Source of the DNA: Takakia lepidozioides
Lineage: Eukaryota > Plantae > Bryophyta
NCBI GenBank assembly: GCA_030704615.1
Contig: JAKLZA010000281.1
Coordinates: forward strand, 1-18,643
DNA: 18,643 nucleotides
Direction of reading: 5' to 3'
The position numbers and the translations under genes are program-made. Of this stretch, positions 1-9,624 are shown piece after piece (positions within the stretch are counted from its first letter, which is position 1; each line of letters opens with the position of its first letter). Under the pieces are notes generated by a model. It worked only from the letters and a program-made list of their open reading frames with translations, was not told the DNA's origin and ran no database searches.

Positions 1-45
1 ATTTTTGTCAAACAAATTTCCCGACTGTGGTTCTCATTAGTCTCG

Positions 46-519
46 TTGATGATTGCAGGGTCCGGGTCGAAACATGTAGGGCCTACACTTCCTGCCAGGA
101 AGAATGTCCCGTTCTTTGCGAGGGCCGACTTCATGACGAGCCCGGTGAGGGACTACTCCCTTCCTAGTTATGCAGCTAAACTCGCAAATACAGCGATTAG
201 AAGAAGTGAGAATCCCAGTAAAGTAGAGCAGATTTTGGAGAGGGCTAGGGAGGACAGAAGGATAAGGAAAGAGTTGGCAGCAGCTCAGACAGGTAGACGG
301 GTACGAAAGTACATATGTGATTCAGCGGATGAGAGCGACGCAGACAGGGAGGAAGACGACCCAACGGAGGTGAGATGGATAGTTCCGCAAGGGGAAGATG
401 GGATTTTTGAAAGCCTGGCCAACGAGCAGTCCGCTGGAGATGAGAAAGGCACTGAGGGGGTGGAGGCGGAGCAGGACAGTCTAGAACAGGATGAGGATTC
501 GGATGATTTTCAAGATTAA
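46..519 (+). pseudogene. Last exon (acidic C-terminal tail) of the ParB-MTase gene in copy A
   Basis: Translation nearly identical to 7643-8111 (SKHV.PTLPARKNV.FFARADFMTSP...SDDFQD*). The splice acceptor present in copy B (7641-7642) is lost in a ~15-bp deletion between GATTG microhomologies. Confidence 0.75.
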
Positions 520-656
520 TAGAATTTTAATGAAGTCTCTGTAAATGTAAATTCTCTTCCAGAGTATATAAAGGAAATTCTGCCAGACATTCGTGACCCC
601 TCTCCAGTGTGCATTCCAGCCACACAATCGCTCAAACCACGACGCTCCCAAAATCA

Positions 657-1325
657 GAAATGGGGCACCGCATTTCCAAAATTTTGGCAACTCTAAGAAC
701 CTGTTTTGGAAATGCGGCACCGCATTTCCAAAACAGGGGAGGGACTAAATTTTCCATTTCAATGTTGGCATAGTAAAAAGTAATCGGCCGATTGGAAATG
801 CGGTGCCGCATTTCCAAAATTTCCTTTGTCCACACGCCAGTTTTGGCCTCTCCCGCTCATTGCATGGATGCCACCACGCTTACAGAGGTCGAACAAGGAG
901 GTCGAACAAGGAGGTCGAGATGGCGGAATTGAAAATGCGGTGCCGCATTTCCATATTGGGGATGGTCGTTGTTCGAACTGCAGGCCCATCAGCAAAAATT
1001 GGCACCGCATTCCATTGTAAAAAAAAAATCGATGACGGACATGGAAATGCGGCGCCGCATTTCCAGAACGGACATCGCAATTTGTCCATTTGCAGACCCT
1101 CTCACGGAAATGCGGTAACGCATTCCATCGCGCTGGTCGGAAATGTCACACTTTTCGAAGTGTTGGACGGAAATGCGGCACCGCATTCCCTTGTCCAAAA
1201 AGAAGTTTCCATTGCCAAGCTGGAAATGCGTCGCCGCATTTGCAATGCCAACCTCGTTGTTTGTCCAATTTATAGACCCGTGTTGGTATTTCGTGTACCT
1301 GGACGGAAATGATGCACCGCATTTC
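657..1325. repeat. Array of ~10 palindromes GGAAATGCGG-NN-CCGCATTTCC (copy A)
   Basis: Copies near 657, 708, 794, 931, 995, 1043, 1106, 1169, 1222 and 1305, with mutually related spacers. Confidence 0.95.
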
Positions 1326-1582
1326 AATGTCCGACATGGCGTTACTCTGGTATATTCTTGACACATGACTCACATACCGGTTACTCTGCTATATTCATCC
1401 GGACAGACACATTGTAGAAATGAGACATCAAATTGTAAACAGTGGGCCAATTCCGACAGTTATTCAACAGAATGAAACACAATCATACAGAAGTGAGGTA
1501 CGATGGGTTTATTGATCGGACACGATGTCTCACATTTACCAACTGCAGACAAAACTAAGCCCTTCCTCCTTCTACATGGGCT

Positions 1583-2161
1583 TCACCAAGTCGACGGAAC
1601 TTCGATACCCCTCAAAACAAGCTCATCACTGCTGCGGCACCTCGAGGTAAACTGCAATTCGGTCGTTCTGCTGCCCTTGCTGGAGCCGACGACAATGTCA
1701 TGTCCATCAATGATACCACCATCATACATTGACAAGGTCACTGTGGGCCTCATGTGCCCGTGCGATTCGTCTTCGCAACTCAGCCGAATGTCTCCATACA
1801 CTGGAAGAGCGGAGTGATCTGCACGTATATAGTTTTCCCCGGTGCCGTCCTCCCTGGTCCACTGGCAGCAGTTCCAGCGCCAAAGCGAGGCCGTGCGTGA
1901 TCTGTCCGGCATCCCTTTCCAGCTTGGTATATCGAGGTCAACAATTTTCAGGACCCACGGACCGCATTGACCCTCGCCCTCACCTCGCTCAAAGCGGTAA
2001 TAGCCCTCCAAATACTCCATTGCGCGCAAAGACTCTTGCTTGATTCCAGCAGCGTCTGTGAAAACAGAGAGCCAGACAATGATGTCTCCTGATTCTGGTT
2101 TGAACATAGCATAATCGTGGCCATGATAAGGGCAGTCGGCTGGATTTCGGCGGCACGGCAT
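1583..2161 (-). CDS. Hypothetical 192-aa protein (ORF-L), paralog of ORF-R
   Basis: Open frame from ATG at 2161 (MPCRRNPADCPYHGHDYAMF...ELVLRGIEVPSTW*). Conserved in copy B and homologous along its full length to 2717-3271. Start chosen by alignment with the paralog. Confidence 0.75.
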   Translation of the reverse strand: MPCRRNPADCPYHGHDYAMFKPESGDIIVWLSVFTDAAGIKQESLRAMEYLEGYYRFERGEGEGQCGPWVLKIVDLDIPSWKGMPDRSRTASLWRWNCCQWTREDGTGENYIRADHSALPVYGDIRLSCEDESHGHMRPTVTLSMYDGGIIDGHDIVVGSSKGSRTTELQFTSRCRSSDELVLRGIEVPSTW

Positions 2162-2418
2162 CCTTGAAAAAGAGTAGCGGAGTACGCTCAATGACAGCAG
2201 CTCCCGGATGGAGGAGGAGCAGCGCGGTGGCTGGAAAAAGTTCAAGCTAACGCTGCAATTCCTCACAAACACTCCAGGGCACATTTAAATTTCCCCCTAC
2301 AGGATCCTGGACCGATGAAGATTGGCTGCTTCATGAATGTAGCCGTTTCAGTTTCCTACCCTGCCATGCAAACTATGGGCACTCACTGCCAGGTGGGCCG
2401 ATAGCCACTGGACACGAC

Positions 2419-2480
2419 GAAGTCCATCCCCTCTTCGATGTAAATGCGGCGCCGAATTTCCATCCGGGGGGATGGACTTC
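2419..2480. promoter_or_regulatory. 62-bp imperfect inverted repeat centred on one palindrome copy, between the divergent ORFs; candidate bidirectional regulatory site
   Basis: GAAGTCCATCCCC-tcttc-GATGtAAATgCGGC|GCCGaATTTcCATC-cg-GGGGGATGGACTTC. The centre (2450/2451) is close to the midpoint of the two ATGs (2439). The regulatory role is inferred. Confidence 0.55.
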
Positions 2481-2716
2481 GGTGGCAGATCTCAAACTAT
2501 AACTTGTTGATGAGAAAGATGTATGGGTTCATCCACCGCCGGCGTGATGAACACATTCCACCTCCGTCGGTGGGTACGTGGGACCCAGATGCTCCATTAT
2601 TGGAGGCCGGACTGCTCTTCCGCTTCGCATCATTTCCAAAATCTAAGGGCTTCGTAGCTGTCCGCAAGGTCATTGTCATCTGCATCCAAGTTGTCCTCAG
2701 GTCCTCCTTTGCAAGG

Positions 2717-3271
2717 ATGTCGTGCTTCCGGAACCGGGACGACTGCCCATTTGGAGGCATCGATTATGCAATGTATTCGGCCACATCGGGAGACATTGTT
2801 ATCTGGTACACAGATTACACAGAAGATATTGGTTCGATTGTGGAAACATTGGTGGCTTTTGAGTATATCCCAGGCCACTACGCCTTCGAGCGGGGTGACG
2901 ATCTTGGTCTGAGGAGTCCGTGGCTCCTACGCATCCTCGATTCCGATTTTCCCAGCTACGACGGTCACCCATGCAGAAGAAGTCGCACTGCTATGCTGTT
3001 GCGGTGGAACTGCTGCCACTGGACGTGGGTGGACTCCATCGGAGAGACCTATTCTCCTCAAGGAGTGCGCTCCTCTTCTCCATTGTATGGGGACATTCGC
3101 ATTGGTGTGGACGACGAAAACGTGAAGATTTCCATATTCGATGGTGGTATGATTGAAGGGCAGGACATTGTGGTGAACATCACTAGGGGCGGTACAACGG
3201 CTGCAATCGACTTTACATGGAGGAGCCCCATGACTCATGAGCTAGTTCTGAGAGCAGTCAAGTCCCATTGA
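2717..3271 (+). CDS. Hypothetical 184-aa protein (ORF-R), paralog of ORF-L
   Basis: ATG at 2717 (MSCFRNRDDCPFGGIDYAMY...ELVLRAVKSH*). Shares DCP, DYAM, SGDIxxW, FERG, SRTAxLxRWNCCxWT, PxYGDIR, DGGxIxGxDIVV and ELVLR with ORF-L. Both starts lie in the context CAAGGATG. Confidence 0.75.
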   Translation: MSCFRNRDDCPFGGIDYAMYSATSGDIVIWYTDYTEDIGSIVETLVAFEYIPGHYAFERGDDLGLRSPWLLRILDSDFPSYDGHPCRRSRTAMLLRWNCCHWTWVDSIGETYSPQGVRSSSPLYGDIRIGVDDENVKISIFDGGMIEGQDIVVNITRGGTTAAIDFTWRSPMTHELVLRAVKSH

Positions 3272-3691
3272 CAACGTGACTTGTATTCAGTAGGCACAGG
3301 GCTAAAGATTTGATTGCACAATCAGCACAGTAGACGTGCTTCAAATGCAATTCATGTGGATCAATAAAAACCTCATTGTGCCCTCTTTTTATTCTATTCT
3401 GTGTCCATCGTTCCGAGAATGCGTCATTGCTCATTTCGTTTGGGATTGGGAGTGTGGGTGGATTTTGCAAGTGGCTGGTAGGCTGAAATGGGCCCCCATT
3501 GTACAGAGCAGTACCACCCTACCATTCGCAAAACATTGCCTTTCAATATATAATTCTAAATAACATTGCCGAACCTCCTTCATCGGGAGGTCCTTCTCCC
3601 CCTATGACCGTGGCACCCTAAACCCTATTCCCGCGGACACTCATTTCCGGAAAATAGTGCTGCTCATGTTTTTTTCCACACTTACGACTCT

Positions 3692-3743
3692 GCTCATGGC
3701 TCATGCCGCTCATGGCTCATGGCTCATGAAATAGCAGCCCCCC
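3692..3743. repeat. Element terminus of copy A: five GCTCATG heptamers followed by AAATAGCAGCCCCCC
   Basis: Read directly from the sequence; the same block closes copy B. Confidence 0.75.
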
Positions 3744-3747
3744 TCAG

Positions 3748-6700
3748 CAAGACCTGACCACAGTTGAGGAAGACCTGACCACTGAAGGCTCGGAGGAGGC
3801 CTCTGCAATTGCACAATTGTCCGCAAAGATTCCCCAGAGTGCAGCTTCAGTTGGGGATGCTCCAGCTGCTCAGCCCCTGCCGCCACCAGCAGAATTGTCT
3901 CCGGAGGAATTTCAAAGTGCAGCGGATACAATGTTGGAGGAGACACATAGTAGCATTGGCAGAGTTCTGGGCAGCAGGGTATTCCAGCGGACTCTTCGAA
4001 TCCCACTCTGTCACATGGTCTCCCTTCCCATCGTCAGGTAGGCACTTCCCGGAGATGTGGATAAGCTCAAGTTCGCATTTCGAGAAGGGTACCGTCTAGG
4101 TTCGCCAGCCTTCTACGTTTCCCTTGAGAATGAGGACGGCGAATCTCGTGGACCCACTGCGGAGGAATTGTCAACATGGGATAACCACTGGCACACTCGC
4201 AACGATGAATTTGAGGCAACCCTGAAGGGTGATCCCGACTTCGGCCATATGTCGGGTAAAATGTTCTTTGTGTGGGACGGGAATCACCGACTTCTCGCCT
4301 GGTGGGAGTACATCAAGCAGAACCATGCCAAGCACATTGGCTGGCATTACATGGTGGAGTGTGTCATCCTCAAGGTGAAAGCGGCAGATTCCTCCCTGCT
4401 CAAGAATGCCATGGCGGACCTCAACTCGTAAGATACTCATACCCTCCCAAGCACGTTCAAAATGCGGTGCCGCATTTCGGTTTCCAATCTGTTTTGTTTC
4501 CGTGCTTCCGTGGACTGAACTGGAGAGTGTGCCTTGCAGGGTCACTGAAAATGCGTACGTGCATACCCACATGACACATATGCTATACAGGGTGAGGAAA
4601 ACTGGTCTCATTGATCCGCACATGTTCGCGGAAATGCTGGAGCCCGAGCTCATTCAGAAAGCCGTGGCAAAAACTGACCGGACATGGTATCGTCTCACTA
4701 TGGATGGAATGGTGGAGGTGATATACGAAGTAAGTCGTCCTCCCATTCCCCTTTGCTCATCCTTCCCCAATTTCCGGTAATCTTTCCACATGAATCGAAT
4801 GTAACGCTTCTGCATGTTTTTGTTGGCAGTCAAACATCAAGCTGGATTTGGCCCATGCCAAACGCTTCTTCATGGAAAGTGAGGGGCAGGTCAAAACGTT
4901 GCAGTCATTGACTAAGCACTTGAAGGAAGGTGGGGTCAAGTCTAGAACGAAATACAAGTCAAAGCTTGTGAAGCTGGTGGCCATTGCAGATCCGGCACTT
5001 GGAAAGGACTTCATCCCCGAGATTGCAAAACACTATTCTCGGGCCATGCAGCCGACCATGTAGTTGGAGAAACTGCATCACCTCTCAACGGCATGTGTTG
5101 AAGCGAAAGAGAAGGTGATGTTTCATTCACTGAAGTTCCTTCCTAGCAATAGCCACTCTTCTTCCTGCGACTGACATTGGATCGGAAATGGCAGACACGG
5201 TGGCTGTCGATCTGGAATGCATCCGAGAGCATAAGGACAATGTGGTCTTTTCCACTCGAAGTTTTCGACCCTGCAGTGGATGTGTGGCTCAACCGCATGA
5301 CTTGGTGGTTCCAGGTAATTCAAGGTACTTCCCCAGAGTTGCTTTTCTGAAATGAATTCCCTGAACTGCTACATGACAATGCATGTGGGAATCGCAGGTA
5401 ATGACGAATGCGAAGGAGCAAGTCGTAATGCATACAAATTTGTTCGGCTTGTACGTCAAATGGGATGGAACACAGACATTGGAAGACTACGTGACACGTT
5501 TCAGATGTGCTTACAAAGACAACCTCTTCGCCAGGGAGCTACAGACAGCAAGAAGGAGCGTGGAGTTTACACATCAGGAGGGAGCGGGAAAAGCTGCAAT
5601 GCGAATTGTTTACAGGTGAAGCCCAGTTGTCCTTGTACGCAAAGCCTGGTAATGAGGTTTGTCTGGGAAATGCGGCACCGCATTCGCATTTTATGTTTTT
5701 GGTTGCACTCTGCGAGTACGTTGGTCTCAACTTTTGCTCACACATGCTGACTGCCCTGCAGGTATATGAAATACGTGCTTCTTCAGACAGGGGCCTTGGC
5801 TCAAGAGCCCCCGTTCTTCATGGCTTGGACCGTGGCGGGCCCAAGCTGTGTCTACACACCGGAGCTGCAGAAACAATGGCATGCCGCGCATCTGGTTGGA
5901 TGCCCGTGGTACCTGGACATGTCTGGCGGAATTGTTGACGACTCTGAGAAAGATCTGCACGCGAAAGCAGAAGAGAAGAGAAAGGAAAGACGTGTCCCTG
6001 CTCGGCCAGAGTCGGCAAAGGAAGCTGCTGCTCTGGAACAATCCTGAAAGGCAGCTGAGATGGCACAGAAAACGGTGGATGCAGCTGTGCAGGCTCAACA
6101 GAAGGGGTCGAAGAAGCGGACTCGCCAGCAAGGAGCAGCAATTGTGACACCCAAGAAAACGAAGAAGCAGAAACAAATAGTGCAGGTAGAGGGTGAGGAA
6201 GAGGACTCCGATGGAGACTTTGCAACCAGCCCACCCCCGAGACGCAGCCAAAATCCCGTGCCCACCGTTGTCACGAGAGGGACGAGAACTGGCTTGGCAA
6301 AGAAGGCACTCTTCAACCCCCCGGGGGGGCACCCTTTCGAGCCGGTGGAAATGAAGAGGCCGAAAGTGGATCCCGATACAGTAGTCCAGTGTGTGAATGA
6401 GAGTTTCTTGGCGGCTTTGGATGGACGGACAGCCAAGTTGGCATACATGAAGACCATGGAGGGTCTAAAGGGCAGAGCACTGAAGAAGGCGGCTGCCGAA
6501 GAGCCTTCCGACACCCCCGGGTTTCTGAAGATGGTCTCGTTCTTTGAGAGGGTGTGTGCAGACAAGGATTGCAGGAGGGGCGGAAATTCCACCGATTGGT
6601 CTTGCGATATGATCATCTTGGATATTCCAGACGGAGAGCCTGTGGAAGGACTGCAAGCTTTGCCATCTTGGAACAGGTACTCCAAGGACTTTTGGAAGAA

Positions 6701-8111
6701 AGGATTCGGGCTCGCCCGCATGGTGTTGGACGACAGAGGCTGTGTGGTTGTCCTGGCGAGCAGAGGCAAAAACACGCAGACAGGAATTGCGAAGTGGACC
6801 CGCAAGAGCGCCGTCCCAATTCTGAAGAAGAAGTGGACGTGCATCAACACATTGGGCCTTCGGTCGGAAGGGAAGAAGGTAATTACGACCTTGACACTCG
6901 ACCTTTCATTTTCTTAGGAGTCTTGAAATGCGGTGCCGCATTCGATTTCTAATCGTTCCCCACTGTGTATGCAGACGAAGCAGTTCGATGCATACTGCTT
7001 TGTGAAGGAGAACTCCACCTTGCTTTCCGGAAGGAGGGATTGTTGGTTGACCCGAACTGCGACCCCATCGATTACGACGTCCTGTTCAACAACGTTCCCA
7101 CGGAAATTCTCCCTCATAGCCTCACTTCAACTGAACCCCTGCGGTATTCACGCACTCGGAGCCCTGCCTTCATTCAGACAATTATGGAGACATGCACTGA
7201 CGTGGAGGGCACAGTGCTCGACCTCATCTGTGGGACAGGTATGCATAATCTTGTTGTATGTTTTTCTGCAAACTCTCGTTATGCTTTCATTCGCAACATC
7301 TGAAGGGCCATGTCATAATGTGTGGATGGCATTGTAACAGGTGCCTCAATGTGGGCTGGGCATTTTTCCGACCGGCACCTCTTTGCATACGAGGAGGACA
7401 CAGGCGTCTGGGGATCCCATCTGGAAGGGCTGCAACGGAATGTGAAGGCTCCCATCGAAGTCAAAGACCCCTCGGATTCGTCGGAGTCAGAGGAAGAGAC
7501 AGTGGACATTGATGCCGAGGAGAACCCGGAATACGAGTGAGTGCAAACATTGTAAGTTTGCAAAGCCTTCTGGGTGATTTTTTGTCAAACGCATTTCCGG
7601 ACTGTGGTTCTCATTGGTCTCTATGGTGATTGTTATATGCAGGATTGGAGGATCCAGGTCAAAACATGTAAGGCCTACACTTCCTGCCAGGAAGAATGTC
7701 CTGTTCTTTGCAAGGGCCGACTTCATGACGAGCCCGATGAAGGACTACTCCCTTCCTAGTTATGCAGCTAAACTCGCAAATACAGCGATTAGACGATGTG
7801 AGAATCCCAGTAAAGTAGAGCAGATTTTGGAGAGGGCTAGGGAGGACAGAAGGATAAGGAAAGAGTTAGCAACAGCTGAGGCAGGTAGACGGGTGCGAAA
7901 GTTCATATGTGATTCAGCGGATGAGAGCGATGCAGACAGGGAGGACGACGAGCCAACGGAGGTCAGATGGTCGGCTCCGCAAGGTGAAGATGGGATTTTC
8001 GAAAGCCTGGCCAACGACCAGTCCGCTGGAGATGAGAAAGGCAATGACGGGGTGGAGGCGGAGCAGGACAGTCAAGAATAGGCCGACAGTAGTGATGATT
8101 TTCAAGATTAA
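3748..8111 (+). pseudogene. Spliced gene for a ParB/Srx-like domain plus beta-class (N6A/N4C) DNA methyltransferase-like fusion, ~1180 codons, 5'-truncated and disabled
   Basis: Exons reconstructed by hand with GT-AG introns whose phases are all consistent: 3748-4427, 4540-4729, 4830-5114, 5195-5314, 5398-5615, 5762-6878, 6975-7238, 7341-7536, 7643-8111. ParB-like MFFVWDGNHRLLAW (DGNHR at 4276-4290). MTase motif IV-like CDMIILDIPDG (6603-6635) precedes motif X/I/II-like RSPAFIQTIMETCTDVEGTVLDLICGTG|ASMWAGHFSDRHLFAYEED, spliced across 7238/7341. In-frame stops at 4039, 5061, 6045 and 8079, and a 1-nt frameshift near 7020. Confidence 0.8.
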
Positions 8112-8248
8112 TACAATTTTAATGAACTCTCTGTACATTTAAATTCAATTCCAGAGTATATAAAGGGAATTCTCCCCGTCCTTCATGTCCCCTCTCCCAT
8201 GTGCTTCTAAACGACAACATCGTCCAAACCTGGTCCCTCCCAAAATCA

Positions 8249-9348
8249 GAAATGTGGCACCGCATTTCAATGTCTGAACGGAAATGTGGCAACTGCAAAA
8301 CCTCGTTTGGAAATGCGGCACCGCATTTCCAAAACCGGGGCAAGAACAAATTTCCGATTCATGGTTTGGACATCAGAAATACGTACATCAGTAAGTCTAC
8401 TGCCGCTGCTGAGCGAGGGCTTCCGCGCAGAAACGTATCTTTACACAAACGGAAATGCGGTGCCGCATTTCCGTTTCCGACACGGCAGTTTTGCCGATTG
8501 GCAGCTCCTTCCATGGATGTAAATCGAAATGCGGAGGTCGAACATGGAAATGCGGTGCCGCATTTACCTTTTGGAGATGGTCATTTTTCCAACTGCAGAC
8601 CCATCGACGTTCTTGGGCTCCCAATTCCATGATGCTAGACGGGAATGCGGCACCGCATTCCATTGTCCAATAAGAAATTTCGATGACGTACATGGAAATG
8701 CGGCGCCGCATTTCCAAAAGGGACATCAATGTTTGCCCAATTCCAGACCCTTTGACCGAAATGCGGCACCGCATTCCATCGTCCTATAAAAACTTACATT
8801 GTCCTATAAAAACTTTCAATTGCCCAACATGGGAAATGCGGCGCCGCATTTCCAAAACAGACATCGTTGTTTGTCCAATTCCAGACCCGTGTGGGCATTC
8901 CGTCTTGATGGACGGATATGCGGCACCGCATTCCATTGTCCGATTCGATATTTTGATGACAGACATGGAAATGCGGTGCCGCATTTCCAGAACTTCCATC
9001 GTTGTTTGTCCAATTCCAGACACTTCGACGGAAATGCGGCACCGCATTCCATTGTGCTCTTCGGAAATGTTGTGCCGCATTTCATTGTCCGGTACGAAAT
9101 TTCGATGACGGACATGGAAATGCGGTGCCGCATTTCAAGTATGGACATGGACAAGCATTACCGACTGGACATGCTTGGATAGTGCAAGGTCGAATATGGT
9201 GTTGCGGCGCCGCATTTCAAATTCGAAGTATGGTAATGCCATGTCAGGAAATGAAATGTTTTACAGCATTTCCGTTACGACGACAGCGGAGGAAAGGGAG
9301 CTGCCAGAAAAAGCTTCATGGAGAAAATGGAATGCGGTGCCGAATTTT
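8249..9348. repeat. Array of ~16 palindromes GGAAATGCGG-NN-CCGCATTTCC (copy B), partly organised as a two-palindrome tandem unit of ~115-140 bp
   Basis: Copies near 8249, 8309, 8451, 8546, 8642, 8694, 8758, 8832, 8914, 8967, 9030, 9063, 9116, 9203, 9254 (degenerate) and 9329. Spacers alternate between CATCGTTGTTTGTCCAATTCCAGAC-type and ATTGTCC...TTTCGATGACGGACAT-type. Confidence 0.95.
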
Positions 9349-9624
9349 CGAGCTTCGGCGTGTACATGTTTCCTACAACTCGTACATGGATTTTCTTCAC
9401 CTCAGGACGTGATATCGCTGACTCTGGTATATTCATATGGACAGATACATTGTAGAAATGAGACCTCAAATTGTAAAGAGTGGGCCAATTACGGCAGTTC
9501 TTGAACACGATGAAACACAAGCACACAGAAGTGAGGTACGATGGGTTGTTTTATTGATCGAACACGGTGTCTCACATTTAGCAGCTCCAGACAAATCTAA
9601 GCCCTTCCTCCTTCTACATGGGTG

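Larger units (their letters stand above)
1..3743 (+). mobile_element. Right-hand part of a large repeated element (copy A), probably a DNA transposon of unassigned family; left part lies outside the window
   Basis: 1-3747 aligns colinearly with 7577-11371 (last exon, palindrome array, divergent ORF pair, terminal block), roughly 85-90% identical by eye with indels. Homology stops at the same motif (ATAGCAGCCCCC(C/G)TCAG) in both copies, with unrelated sequence beyond it. Confidence 0.75.

Noticed and set aside
632-1373. Many overlapping ORFs with EMRHRIS / GNAAPHF / KCGAAF motifs, also 8119-9526
   Set aside because: These are six-frame translations of the palindrome, appearing on both strands; no evidence of coding.
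6095-6850. 251-aa minus-strand ORF, and 5727-6332
   Set aside because: Antisense shadows of the long exon 6.
3748-8111. Bacterial or phage contamination as the source of the ParB/MTase motifs
   Set aside because: Eight phase-consistent spliceosomal introns, and contiguity with plant gag and PPR remnants.
8249-9348. CRISPR array (palindromic repeats with spacers), also 657-1325
   Set aside because: Spacers are homologous to one another and irregular in length, the repeats also occur singly in introns, no cas genes are present and the context is eukaryotic.
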